DNA from: Paragordius varius
Taxonomy: Eukaryota; Animalia; Nematomorpha
NCBI GenBank assembly: GCA_964247055.1
Contig: OZ176055.1
Location: 8,246,001 to 8,310,000 of the forward strand
Length of the DNA: 64,000 bases
Reading direction: 5' to 3'
The translations under genes and the position numbers were made by a program. The notes beneath the pieces are model-generated. The model was not told where the DNA came from and searched no databases. It was given only the letters and a program-made list of their open reading frames with translations. Below are positions 26,115-39,637 of this stretch, piece by piece. The first letter of the stretch is position 1, and every line of letters starts with the position of its first letter.

Positions 26115-29100
26115 TTAATTTCCTTTAAAAATTGGTTTCCTTTTTTCGGTAAATGCTTTTAAGCCTTCCAATCTGTCGTTTGAATAAATGACCTAAATAT
26201 TATGAAATTTATTATAGACAAATTGTTTAAAATTTATTGGAATTTTACGTACAGTTTCATAACAAGTTCTTTCAATTTCTAAACCATTTTCTATTGTTGT
26301 GTCCATTCCTTCATCTATGGATTTTTTAGCACAACGAATACTCAAAGGACTCTACATCAAATATAAGCGAAAGTTTTAGAAGTTATAACTTTAGAGAACC
26401 AAAGGTTGAAACTAATGATTTGTCCTAAATCAATAGAAAAAAATCGATTAACACAAGCTTAATTAATTATCTCATTCAAAAACTTCTTTTAAATTTTACA
26501 TTAAGGTAAATAGTATATTTGGATATAAATTTAGCTGAATTTACACAATTTTGCAAAATTTGAGTTGCTAATTCCAGGGATCTCTCGTAAGCTGGGAAAA
26601 TGACATTCCTATTTTCGTTTGAATTCTCTTTTATAATAAATGAGCTATAATTATAAAAAAATGATTAAAAATTTGTAATCTAATCGGATATAGACATATT
26701 TACTATTTTTCACCGGTTCAAAGTAATATTTATGACCTAAAAATATGGTTTCAATTGTTTTACATATTCCAAAAAATGTCAAGAAAGTCCAATTATGGAT
26801 AAACAAGCAAAACGTAAAAAAAGATAAATATTTTTCCTCAAAAGACAACCATATTTTATAAATCTAAAATTTTCCTTTATAATTATTTAGTCAAAATCGT
26901 TATATATTTAATTGATTATGTTTCCATATACATCTCTGTTTCATAGTTTCCTAAACAATGAGTTAAAATTAAAAAAATCAAGATCTAAAAAGTATGGTTG
27001 TCTTTTGAAAAAAAAATTTGTCTTTAAATTTTTATTTGCCCGTATAAATTCTACTTTTACTGCATATACCAAAACAAAGGAATTCGATTAATAGAGAATC
27101 AGGTAAAATTGGAAAAAAGTAACTTTTAAAATAAACATTTTCCCTAAATCGTTAATCGGAACATTAACCGCCTCTAAAATAAGCTTAATGATTCTGGTTA
27201 AAAATAATTGGTGGTTCCAAAAGGGTTGAAGTTAAGTGTTTGAATTAAAAACCTGTCTTAGGTATGTGGTCAATTTTGATGGGTTGATTGACTAAACCCA
27301 GCTGTTCGGCCAATTGTCCATCAATAATAGAAGCGGCGAAAATGAGTTCTTTAGCTTTAAGAGTGCCAATCAGTCTTGCTAATCTTTGGGTTCCACCTTC
27401 AATTATTAAAAAGGGAAAAATTCTTAAAAATTGCATAGTTTTTCTTAAAGGAAAAGCTATTTAAACATAAAAAATAATAATTATTTGTACGTTCAGTCTT
27501 ACAATATTAATCTAAAGCAATGCTCTTTTTTTGTTAAGGCCCCAACAAATTAAAAATATATCTCTTGCACCCTCTCTCAAAAAATCCAAGATGAAATCTA
27601 AAACATTTTGTATTATAAGCCCAATCAATGAGATCCTTCTATCTGCATTTTTAAATATTTTTTCCATATCGCTTACAAATTATGATAATTCGCACCTGAA
27701 ATTCTTCGATTTGTTAAAAGTTTTATTATTTAATTAAATTCTCCAAATTATTCGCGTTGGGAAGCACTGTTCTAAAGCCTTTACTAAGCGCAAAAATTTA
27801 ATAAAATTTGAACAAAATAACCTAAATGATAAAAAGGTTATTAGAATTTATATATATATAAAATTATTAAATTCATCGTTAATATATATTCAAATCTATA
27901 CCAGCTCCAGGAATGATGCCTAATTTCGTTTCAACTAAACCAAGCTTAGAAATGTCAGCTAAAGTGATATATATTGATACGTATAAGTATCTATACAGCA
28001 AAAATTAAAAGTACTAAATATAAGATATTAAATCAAATATATGGAAAAAAACTATAAGTAAAGGATAAAAATGGTCGTTATATTTAAATAAATATTTACC
28101 TATTTATTTAACGTTTTGTCTTTACAATAAATAAATTCACATATAAAAAGTTTATTAAATACTGGTTATTCTCATATCAGCTGATAGGGCCAATTCTAAA
28201 CCTCCACCAAAAGCCGAACCATCTAAAGCCGCAATCGTTAATTGAGGAAGTCGATAGAAACGTTGGAAAAGATCGCGCATTTTTTGAACATGATCTCCGA
28301 CCCGTTCTATTGGCATAGATATTCTTTCCTTAAGATCTGCCCCTAAAAAATGATCAAAACATTTGATTGCTACAAATAACAATCAATATAGAAATAACCA
28401 AGTTGAAAAAAAATCAAAAATAAATCCTTTAATTAAATGCGTAAACTGTTATTTTATTAAGAAAACCATAATCTTTATTTTATATATGCACCCTAACGTG
28501 TGATTATATTGTAAGGTAAATTTTAGATATCTAGCAACTTTAATGTTCTTCTATATCAATAAAATCACCGATAGGGAAGAAGGGATAATTTGAATGATGA
28601 AATTAAATTGTTTTTTGGAGAATTAAGTTTTGTTTAATGATAGCTTTTGTATTCTCAATCTAGTTTCTATACGGACAATATCGTTTTAGAATTAGCTTTC
28701 TAACAATAAAACTAAATGAACATCTTATTAGATGTGGAGATTGCAAATTATACACAGTATCTGATTATATTCCACTCATATTTAGGATAAAATTCCCAAA
28801 TGAAAATGGAAACATTTTAAAAGAATTCGTAAGAAGCTTTTAACATGTCTTTCCAACAAGGCCAGCCAACAACTTGGACTTAAAAAAACAATTCTCTCTC
28901 TACAACTAATTCAAAAAATAATTGTCATTGTAATATTCGAATAAAAACAAATTAAAATAAAAAATAAGGTTTCTCGTCCACAGCTATCATTTAAATAGTC
29001 ATACAAATTCTCACAAGCTTTATCATCTAAATTATTTTTTGTTCGTGGTTTACTGATCCAAATAAAATCTGGGAAAACTTAAAAAGAGGACTATGGACGA

Positions 29101-29830
29101 AATACGTTACAGAGCTCGGATCTAGGTTGAAAAGTGTAGCCAATATTAATTGGGTTCTTACTTCTTAAAAATTAAATATTTTTAATTAATGAGAAAAAGA
29201 CCTGAGCAAAAAACACCGGGAACAAGGCTACGTAAGATGATAGCATGACAATTAGTTTCTTTTATATCGGTTTCAACGTGATTCGACAGCTATATTATAT
29301 AAAATATATCATCAAACTAATAAAATTACATATTTAAAGTTATTAGTTATTTGCAATAATATGGATTATATTAGCATTACTAAATCGAGCATTTCTAAGT
29401 TTAAGGCATTTTTTACAGTTGGTCTGTTTAACTCAATAGCATAAATTCCTGCAATAATTTTAGATATACCTAAATTTTTATCGATTATTTTGAAAGTGCA
29501 GATATTCTTCACATTAGCAATGTCAAATTTTTGAGACATGTAGTAAAATAATTTTGACATGACAATGACAATAGCACGGGGTACACCCCTTCGTACAATT
29601 GGTGAACCAATTGTCAGAGTACCGTGAGCTATATAAGTATTTGGAAAAAACCTTTTAAAACTTTTCTAATAAAATTTTTATGATTGCAAATGTTTGTATA
29701 TATATATGTATGTATATAAATGATTATTGTGATTTAATTTTTTTACTGTAAGTTAGTTAAATTTGCTTATTAGAAAAAAAAGGAAATAATAAAAAAATAC
29801 CGTACATTACCTGCGCTTTGGAAAGGACAT
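26115..29830 (-). CDS. AUH: Methylglutaconyl-CoA hydratase (AU-binding enoyl-CoA hydratase, crotonase family), multi-exon
   Basis: Exons: GIYAIELNRPTVKNAL; AIILRSLVPGVFCSG; ADLKER..LPQLTIAALDGSAFGGGLELALSADMR; KLGLVETKLGIIPGAG; GGTQRLARLIG..AKELIF; AYERSLELA; SPLSIRCAKKSIDEG..GLEIE..CY; DRLEGLKAFTEKRKPIFKGN* (TAA at 26115-26117). These match AUH motifs throughout. The 5' exon structure is uncertain. Confidence 0.9.
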
Positions 29831-29998
29831 TATTGTTTGATTTTTGGAAGACTTGATAATAATTGAGTTGTTGATATGCGACAATAGTTTTAATTAAATG
29901 AAACGTTAACGACAAAAAACAATTATGATTTAACAGAGCAGACGATAACCCAAATAAAATTTATAAGAATATATGATTAAAAGATTATTAAAAATATA

Positions 29999-32046
29999 GA
30001 CTGATGTGAATTTAAGTCAGTAAGATAGTAAGACGGTAAGACAGAAAGATAGTAAGACGGTAAGACAGTAAGATAGTAAGACGGTAAGCATAAGACAGTA
30101 AGATATTTGTATAAAAAACATACATTCGTGATAAGTCTGCTAATAGGAGACTTATCAAAATTTCAAAGTATTATATCTTGAAAAATATTGCATCTTTTTG
30201 AATTCTGTAAACTGGAGGATTGAAAGTCAGGTATCCTTTACAAATAATATATAGGGTTGAGTGAAAATGCGTAATTCTTTCGACACGAAACTGAGTTTAC
30301 TAAACACCTCCAAAAATTGTATAAATCTTAAAAAATATATAAAAAATATAGAAGAAAATGGCATCTATACCATTGTTTCTTATTTGGTAAATATTTTTTT
30401 ATATTTTTACAGTTTTAACAATTTTTTTTAAAAAAATTGTACTTCATGGTTCTGACAACAACAAAAATAAATATAGCTAAATATTATTATAATAAATTTG
30501 AATTTTGTATTCTAAAATCAGCTTTTAACCCGATAGTAACCGTTTTCCCCTAAAATTTTACATGCAGAACGATATCAGATACAGGGAAGTTTTGGTGGAA
30601 TTACTTGAAAAGTAAATTATTAATAAATATATAGATTTCCAATATTATATTCTAGAAAATCCAACAGTTTAGTTATGCACAAAGATCAATGGGATTTATT
30701 GTTTAGTGAATATATAACAAAAGTTAATGATGGCCAGAACTTAAAACAGTTACAGAAGATGTTTACTAATATTAAATATACGATTAAAAAGAAGTTGCAA
30801 AAAATGAAACAAACTGGAAACAAAAAGCCACCTATTTTTCTGAAATATGAAAAAAAATTATACTCATTACTTGAATATTCATCCAGTAGCGAAATACAAG
30901 GTCATAAAAATCAAGGCAATAATTTTGATACGTTTGGTTTAATATTATTAAATAATATACAGATACCCAAAAAATTTTATCCTTAAATAAATTTAGTAAA
31001 AATGAATCCAATGATTGTGATGAGCGAATTTCAGCTGCTTATATATTAAATAATTTGCATTGAAATATATATGTAGATTCCATAGGCTCAGGCATTAAAG
31101 ATCAGACCATAAATGAGTGTCCTTCTGTCTCTTATCTTAATAGTGCTCAGGAGGAACTAGATGAAAATACTTCCATAAATTCCAGTACGGAGATGATTAT
31201 GGACGAGGAGGGTGAAGAAATTATTATACAACCACCGCCGGCAGAAGGCATACAAAATCGTGAGGCTGGAGAAGGCACTTCTGTAACTGTTTTAAGTTCT
31301 GGCCATCATTAACTTTTGTTATATATTCACTAAACAATAAATCCCATTGATCTTTGTACATAACTAAACTGTTGGATTTTCTAGAATATAATATTGGAAA
31401 TCTATATATTTATTAATATTACTTTTCAAGTAATTCCACCAAAACTTCCCTGGATCTGATATCGTTCTGCATGTAAAATTTTAGGGGAAAACGGTTATTA
31501 TCGGGTTAAAAGCTGATTTTAGAATACAAAATTCAAATTTATTATAATAATATTTAGCTATATTTATTTTTGTTGTTGTCAGAACCATGAAGTACAATTT
31601 TTTTAAAAAAAATTGTTAAAACTGTAAAAATATAAAAAAAATATTTACCAAATAAGAAACAATGGTATAGATGCCATTTTCTTCTATAATACCCAAGATT
31701 TTTTATATATTTTTTAAGATTTATACAATTTTTGGAGGTGTTTAGTGAACTCAGTTTCGTTACGAAAGAATTACGCATTTTCACTCAACCCTATATATTA
31801 TTTGTAAAGGATACCTGACTTTCAATCCTCCAGTTTACAGAATTCAAAAAGATGCAATATTTTTCAAGTTATAATACTTTGAAATTTTGATAAGTCTCCT
31901 ATTAGCAGACTTATCACGAATGTATGTTTTTTATACAAATATCTTACTGTCTTATGCTTACTGTCTTACTATCTTACTGTCTTACCGTCTTACTATCTTT
32001 CTGTCTTACCGTCTTACTATCTTACTGACTTAAATTCACATCAGTC
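29999..32046. mobile_element. Palindromic non-autonomous PIF/Harbinger-like element with ~760-bp inverted arms
   Basis: Left arm 29999-30758 and right arm 31278-32046 are near-perfect reverse complements. The element is flanked by ATA on both sides (3-bp TSD), has subterminal GTAAGA-based 8-bp repeats, and carries an internal Myb/SANT-like ORF. The superfamily is inferred from the 3-bp TSD plus the Myb-like ORF. Confidence 0.8.
30675..30986 (+). CDS. Myb/SANT-like DNA-binding domain ORF of the Harbinger-like element
   Basis: QWDLLFSEY..KQLQKMFTNIKYTIKKKLQKMKQTGNKK..YEKKLYSLL resembles Myb/SANT-like domains of Harbinger accessory proteins. An acidic stretch (EELDENT..DEEGEEII) follows downstream and is truncated by the right arm. 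Confidence 0.6.
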   Translation: MHKDQWDLLFSEYITKVNDGQNLKQLQKMFTNIKYTIKKKLQKMKQTGNKKPPIFLKYEKKLYSLLEYSSSSEIQGHKNQGNNFDTFGLILLNNIQIPKKFYP

Positions 32047-33369
32047 ATAATTTAGTAGAAAAGGGTACTTATCTTTGATTTTTCTGTGGCATAGGTACTG
32101 TTTCCCCTAAACAACTGAAGTTTTACCAGTGACTCAACTTTTATTATAAAAGAATTTATTTCCGAGTATCGAAAAACTTCAGCAGGGTAATAAGCCTCTT
32201 TGGATTGCACTCTTTACAAATAAGGAATCATCCATATCCCTAAAGTATAAATATATAATATGTATTTGATGGTTCTGGTGTGTTCTTCTAATATCCAAAA
32301 GGCAGACGATTTCGACCGAATCGCGAAAAGTCCTATTATAAATGGGTAATTTGAAACTCTGTCAGTAAAATAATTTTAAACGCATTTAAATTAACCCATG
32401 CGAGACGATTTTTTTATAGTAAATCATATGCTAAATCTAAAAAACTATATTAGTTTAGTTTTTAAAGCGAAAAGAAGTTTTTCGAACAATATAAAGTTCT
32501 ATTAGTTGTCATATTTTTTAAAAAAAATTAAATATCCAGATGTATAAGGACTATGAGGTAGTATCGTCCGTTAAGTAACAGTAATTATGGCAAATACAAA
32601 TAAATTTAATATAAGGCTGCTCTATTCTTTAAAACTCTTTATAAAATATATATAAAAGTGTTGTAAAATATTTTACGATTTTAATAACCTACAAAAAATA
32701 ACCTGATGAAATATATATTTTGGTAGCAAATGTATCATAATTATGATGATGCTTTCGGTTTTAAACCTTATGAATGATATAAGAAAGTTATTTATACTTT
32801 TGTGGTAGAAAATGGCAAAATTTGAGCAAATCATTTGTAATAAAAGTTTTAATGAAAGCTGATTTCCAAATTCCAAAAAACACTAAATATATCATAAACT
32901 ACCTATAAAGGCAAACCTATATTTTTACAATAATTTAATTTTTGGATGTTGGCTGCGTCACATTTTTTCCCTCTTCTAAAATGAGCTAGTGCTTCTAGAA
33001 TAAGCACAAAAATGCCGTTCCGCCATAAAATATTTAAATAAAATTTTTTTATGTCAAAAAAATTATTCAAAAAAACACATACTTTTAGGAAAATTGTATT
33101 TAGAAAAAATATTTGCCTTTATATTTTTACGTTTTGTTCGTATTTAAGTTTTTACTGTATATTTTCAATATTGTTTAAATTTTAAACATTCTTATGGTGC
33201 TATTCGGCTTTTTTTGGCTTTAAATAAATTATCCCAATTTAGAAGGGTCCTACTACATTTTCAGAATCCAAGTTTATATAAAATGTATTTTAAAATTAAG
33301 AAATTATATTAAAAAAAATTTGAATATACCACATATTTCTAAAACCGACCCTCTTATTAACACCATTCC

Positions 33370-34274
33370 TTAACACTTCGATTCAATGGGGTATCTAAAT
33401 GCCCCAGATTAAATTTGAGCTAAGCTTTTAAAACTACTGAAGGAAACGGTCCCAATTTAAATTTATGCGTCTATCCTAATAAAAATTATATAAATATGTC
33501 AAAATATCTAAATAAAATTTTTGTTTTGAAAAAAAAAGTTTCATGTCAAACTACTTCGAGGCCATTTTTATTTTGCTAAATTTTTGCAAAATATCGTTTT
33601 CATTTAATTTAAAGGGTAAAATTAAAGCTAGTTTTTTTAAATTACATCTAACTTTAATATATATAGAAAAAGCTGTTTATTTAATTATTTTTCAATTTTT
33701 TAATTGCACGCACGCGTTGAGTAAATTTTTATCTTTCGGTTTTAGCTTAAAATAAGTAATATCAAGTATTTTTGAATAAACTTTTTTATATATTTCGGTT
33801 TATTAACGTTATATAAGTGCAAGATTTTGCCATGGTTTTGATTCCTTACATTTTAAAACAATTTAATTTTAAACAGGCCTGGGGTATCCAACTACCTTAA
33901 TTTGAATCGAAGGACTAAAATGATTGTGTTGTATCCAAGTGTTAAAGACAAAATTAGAGCTAATTTTTTATAAATTACATCTAACATTGATAGAAATAGA
34001 GAAAGTGGTTTATTTTGTATTATTTTTCAATTATACCATTGCAGACACATGCTAAATTTTTACCTTTCGGTTTTAGCTTAAAATAAGTAATATCAAGTAT
34101 TTTTGAATAAACTTTTTTATATATTTCGGTTTATTAACGTTATATAAGTGCAAGATTTTGACATGGTTTTGATTCCTTACATTTTTAAAGAATTTAATTT
34201 TAAACAGGCCGCGGGTATTTAACACCCCCAATTAATCGAAGGACTAAAATGAATGATTTTTACCCAAGTGTTAA
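33370..34274. mobile_element. piggyBac-type MITE (family B) plus an adjacent partial tandem copy
   Basis: TTAA-CACTT..AAGTG-TTAA at 33370-33945. The 3' part is repeated at ~33946-34274, again ending CAAGTGTTAA. TTAA TSD and CACTT termini are typical of piggyBac. Confidence 0.7.
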
Positions 34275-34739
34275 TATGGACAACCATACCTTGAAAAGTA
34301 TCTTTCTAATGATTATACATTTCATACTTAAACCTACTTTGTGCATATATATCATAAATATAATTAGTATTTACACGCTCAAATATTTTGGACAAAAAAT
34401 ACCCCACCGTTAGTAATATCTTGTTTTGTGTAGTAAAATAATTTATAATTGTCATTTATGCAGATGCTGTTATTTAATACACTCTTTCTAAATAGTTGGT
34501 TTTTCACAAATCATTCTTAATCAAAAATCTGTGATAATCTATCGGAATTTTTATCTTTATCACTAATTTTGTGGATGGAATAAATGGGATTTAAGAGCAG
34601 GAATGATTTAATAGTTTTATTTTCCAAAAATACTGAAAAATTTAACATCAGATTCCAAGTTCGAATCAATACTTTTATTAAATATTATTAAAGAAAATTA
34701 AAATATTTATTAATGGTATGACAGAATATAGGTGTGCAT

Positions 34740-35520
34740 ATATTTTTAAATATCTTTTTTATTTCGTTATCTCTGTCACGAACATCATCATATTCGGCAA
34801 CATTTTCATCGTTTGTAATTAGATCTGATCAATTTCCTGTCCTCATCAGAATTTCTATTATCATGACGGTTGTATTCCTCATCTAAATAAGATAAAAATA
34901 ATAATAAAACTCACCAATAACTGTAACTTCACCTGAGCGCTTTTGTGGGTAACATCCGCATAAAAAAATAAAGTCGTTATTAAAAAACTTGGTTCTTAGA
35001 ACGGGGTTATTTCACATCAATAATACTATTTGTTCTTATTATAAAAAATTTATGTTAAGAAACTAATATATTCCAATTTGAAATCGTAAATAATAAATCA
35101 ACAAATCTTCCAATCAAATATCGGTTTAATTTTTGTATTATGAGTAATCTAGTCTTTATAAATGAAAACGGTGTCTTGTATGGCTAAAACGAAATCAAAA
35201 AACTCTCTAAATTTGCAAATAACCACTGATAAAATTAATAAATACCCCCTCTATCTGCCTCTTTATCATTATGTTCATGGCGATCCCTCGGATTTTTAAT
35301 GAAATCAGAATCATTGTCCTGAGATTTATCGGATGAGTGGTCATTTTTTTTTGCTTGAATCTTTTAAATCTCTATATGTTCTCTTTTTATATCATTCTTG
35401 CAATCCACATCTATATATTTTTGCGAAAATGGCGGTGGATTCTCTTTCTGTCACTACTATTTCTGGTGACACCATTTTTTCTTTTATTATCTGATGAAAA
35501 AAATTTACGTATTTTATGGA
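34740..35520 (-). other. Possible low-complexity charged coding fragments of an unassigned gene or pseudogene
   Basis: Locally higher GC, with open stretches such as KRTYRDLKDSSKKNDHSSDKSQDNDSDFIKNPRDRHEHNDKEADR and DEEYNRHDNRNSDEDRK near splice-like sites. No recognisable domain. Confidence 0.3.
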
Positions 35521-36407
35521 CCAATAAACAAGTTTCTGTCATTTTTAGTGGTTTGAATTTCATTGACAGGATTAGGATTATAACCATGTTTTAATGTGCT
35601 TTACTTTAAGTGGGCTATGATATCTGTATCCTTTCTTAGTTTTACGGTTATTTAACTCGCTAAGAACGGTTAGTAGGCGTTGAGCAAACCCTTCTTTTAA
35701 TTAAATTGATAATAAGTAAGTATAGGTATAGTATTTAGGAAAAATCTACAAATTATTTATATAAATTAACGCATTTTCTTACATTGTTTTTTAAAAAAAT
35801 TTATATTTAAAAAAACCATGGTAAGGTGTCCATTATAAAATTAAATAAGAAAAGTGTTTCAATAATTGTAATATATTAATTTGAAGCCACAGTTTACCAA
35901 AATTAATCGGATTATTTTTATAAGATCCGATTTTTTGAACTATATTATAAATATAGCTAATAAATCAATCGAAATTGGCATATATTTGCCTTAATTTTGA
36001 ATATAAAATATATATATAAATTGCCCAAGAAAACTATATCACATACCGCTCGACAGGGATTAGAAGCATTAAAAGAAAGAATTAAAATAAATAAAAGATA
36101 ATTATATCAATTTAGGTTAAAAATGAACGATATAAATGCTTTAGCTCCCAGCAAGATTTGATCATATTATAAATTATAAAGTAAACATATTAATATTATC
36201 ATGTCTCCTAAACGTATCAATCGATTCGAAGTTAATTTGTTTTTCTGGTAAAATTTTTATTTAATATAAATAATTCACTTATATTAAAAATTGTATTTTA
36301 AAAAAAATGTGCTATCAATGGGTGTTAAAAAATAAAATTTTTAACCAATTGTGGCAAAAAGAATGTTTTTTTAACCTAAAAAATCATTAAAAATTTATGA
36401 TGATATT

Positions 36408-37370
36408 GTGTTTTCAAGGCTATTTAACAATCTTTGTGAAAAGCACAATTTCTTTAAATCAAAAATGTATCATGATTTATATTTCCTACTCTATTTTTTC
36501 GGTCTTTTCTTACGACGTCAGTATGCGTTCGTGTTTGTATCCAAAGCACCAACTTACTTTCAATATCAAAATGCTTCCGATTCAGAATTAACCGATAATT
36601 TTAACACAATCGATGATATATCTGGTAATGTTGAGTTTTCCAACAATATCAGTTTTGTATATGCTGAAAAAATACCGGATAATTATTTAAGTTCCCAAAT
36701 GCAAACTGAATTCCAAAGGCCAATAAGTCTCAAAGATAATCGCGAGATATTGAAGGGCCGAACATGGGAAGAATACTAATTAGTTCAAAGATATATGACA
36801 TATCTTGAATATAATCAACCTAATGAAGATAATAAAAGTAGTACCAAAAAATTTTTTACGCCCTCAATCAAAAGCAATGGCCTATTTGAAACGGATATTG
36901 TTTTGACCCCTCAAACAGCCCAATATTATTTCGGACTCATTCCCCAAACAACGGAACAGAATTCGAATTCAATGTTACCCAAAAAAGTTTCGCGGGTTTA
37001 TAAAACATGGAGAGATACGATGCCAATCCGATATAAATTGGAAGACCTAGAAGGTTGAACACATTAAATAATTGTTTCATGGAATCAGTCTTGTAATTTA
37101 CTCGTAACTTTATTTAAGTACCTAATATTTTATAAAAGCCAGACAGCAAATCATTTAGACATAGGCATCTATTGGAATAAAGTTAAACAAGCAAAAATAT
37201 GGAGATGATTAAATGTAAATGTATAATGGGATTAATTATTAGTTATATTCTCATTTCCATATATTTAGTGTTTGAAGTATACAATTTAGGTAATTATGTA
37301 TATTAACAATAATGTGTCCAGATATTTAGAACCCTGGCGCAGTAGAAAATTAAAACATACTTTGCCTATT
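36408..37370 (+). pseudogene. Astacin-like (M12A) metalloprotease N-terminal fragment, probably disrupted
   Basis: ORFs 36408-36779 and 36795-37058 are in one frame, separated by a single TAA. GLFETDIVLT resembles the astacin propeptide FEGDI motif and W..TMPIRY resembles the mature N-terminus. Downstream segments contain a stop or frameshift, and no HExxH was found. Confidence 0.45.
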
Positions 37371-37532
37371 TTTTAACCGGATTTTTGGCGTTTTATATTA
37401 AATGATATTGTTCTACTATTTATAAGTTCATTAATAACAATTAAAATATGCAACAATAAATTTATTAAAAATTTAATATAAATGTATGTACATATAATTA
37501 TATCATATGTTATATATATGGATATATAATAA

Positions 37533-38105
37533 TACTAGCGTAAATCTCGTGCTGCTACGCAGCCCGAGGAAGTTCTTCGGACTAGTGGGGATATTTGAAA
37601 AAAGGGACAATAAAATGTTCCACATATGTGGATTATTTCGAAACATTATTTATTAGCTATGATCTCATAGGAATTTCAAAACGGTGCATTCATACTAATA
37701 TATTGTTTACTTGGGCGGAAAATAGATTCTATCAATTTGAATTTTTTGGAAAAATGGCATTTTACGGGAGGAGCAGGTAAAAAGAGGGCCTTAATTAAAA
37801 AAGCGAGCGGATTATGTTCGGCGCAATCGAATATAAGTAAACAAAAATCATATTTGAAATTGAATAGTCCAACACGTTTTCCAGAAAATTCTCTCAAAGA
37901 CACGATTTTTGTGGACTTCTGTTTTCAAAAAAAACCGTTTTTTTACACGGGGTAAGCCCGAACTGGGGGCCTAATTCAAAAAAGGGCGATAATATTGTCG
38001 GGGCATTCATTAATGATTATATTTTTTCGACATTTGGATTTGAATGGATCTACCGGTTTCCCGGAAATAGATCACCAAGCTTTCCATTTTTATAAATATA
38101 TAGAT
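37533..38105 (+). mobile_element. Helitron-like non-autonomous element
   Basis: Starts TACTAGCG..CTCGTGCTGCTACGCAGCCCG and ends TTTTATAAATATATAGAT, resembling termini of invertebrate non-autonomous Helitron-like families. The interior is non-coding and more GC-rich. Confidence 0.5.
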
Positions 38106-39637
38106 TATAATGGTATGTTTGTTTAAAAAATGCTAATTGTCAAAAACAATATAATTACCAATATATGATAATAAAAATAGAGGGAAACAATATATCTGGT
38201 TTTTATAAGATGTTGCCGTGCAGATAAAATCATTCACACACGATCTTATGAAAGTTCTGTTCCATAGCTTACTATTTGATAGCAGGTAAAACTATGCGTT
38301 GATGAAAAAAAGATAGGTGAATGGATAAATTATTCAAATGCTGACTTTGCTACAGTGTAAAATTCAAAAATCATTCAAATAGTTCTGGGTCTACCCGTGA
38401 CATAATTATTAATAAATAATTATTTTTTTATTATAGTAATAATATCTAAAAATAATAAATTATATATATTTTTCAGATTTATGTATTTGTTCCAATAATT
38501 TATGGTTTTGCGAAATTTTTTCTAAAAAAGCTTTACAATTTTCTTCTGTATTTTTGACTATTTTGATTTCAAAGTAATAAAAAAATTATTATGTGTGTGT
38601 GTGTGTGTGGACCATAATTAAAATAAGTCTATAAATTTTTTTATGCACAAAAGAATGAAAAGACTGGCTAAAAATTATTTAAGGAAGCAAAAAATTAAGG
38701 AACATACCTCCCGCCCAAAACATAAAAAAGTTGTTTTATTTTTAGAAAAAAAAAGGTTATATCGAAACCAAATATAATGAATTTTAAAAATAATGTGCGG
38801 AAATATAAAAATTTTCCGTTTGATAACTATAATTAAAATAAACTCAAATAAATTTAATTTAGCTGAAACTTATATGAAACAAGATAAATTTTCAAAAGAT
38901 AAAATTATTGAAATATTAATTTATTTTTTGTTTATTTTTGAGGTCGCTTTTGCGGAAGCCCTGAGTGAAAGGTTGGCCTAAATCTGGAGTCTGATATTGA
39001 TAGTTCCGCCACTTCGCGAATGGCTGCATTCATAAGCGATTTGACCGGTCCAAAACCCAACTCCATGTATAATTAGAGCAGAAAATAAAATATTAAAATT
39101 AAAGGCCATAGTTTTTTACAGTTCAAAAAAACCATTTATTTATTTTAATTAAGGGTACTCTATCGAATTCTACAAGCAAAACTTGTATAAATAAATGGTA
39201 ATTAAAATATTTATAAAAAAATTTTCAAAAAGCAGTACAAAAGTCAGGGCAGTACAAACGCGGTTTTTTTTCGAAAACCCAGTACTGTACTGCAAAAAAC
39301 AGTCTATCTGGTCACTTTACACCCCTGGATTAGACCTGGCGCATAGGCTTTTTTGATATTTTAGGATTACCAAACTTGTTCGCTAAATTTGGTTATTTAC
39401 TAATAACCAATTTTTTTTTGAAAAAACCGCAACATATATAAGATATAGATGTGTTATCCTATGTCAAAATTTAACATTTGGTTTACAAAATTTTAGCATA
39501 TTAAATAAAAACATTGGTAAATAAGACATTGACAAAAGCTAAATAGTTAAATTTATTGCATTCGAATTTTTATAAAAAAGCGAAACGTGTACTTGAGTAT
39601 ACCAAAAAATGACTCATGTGAATATTCATAGATTTAT

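Noticed and set aside
38930-39080. GC-richer minus-strand stretch MELGFGPVKSLMNAAIREVAEL as an extra COA7 exon
   Set aside because: COA7 already terminates at 39638. No homology is recognised, so the origin is unknown.
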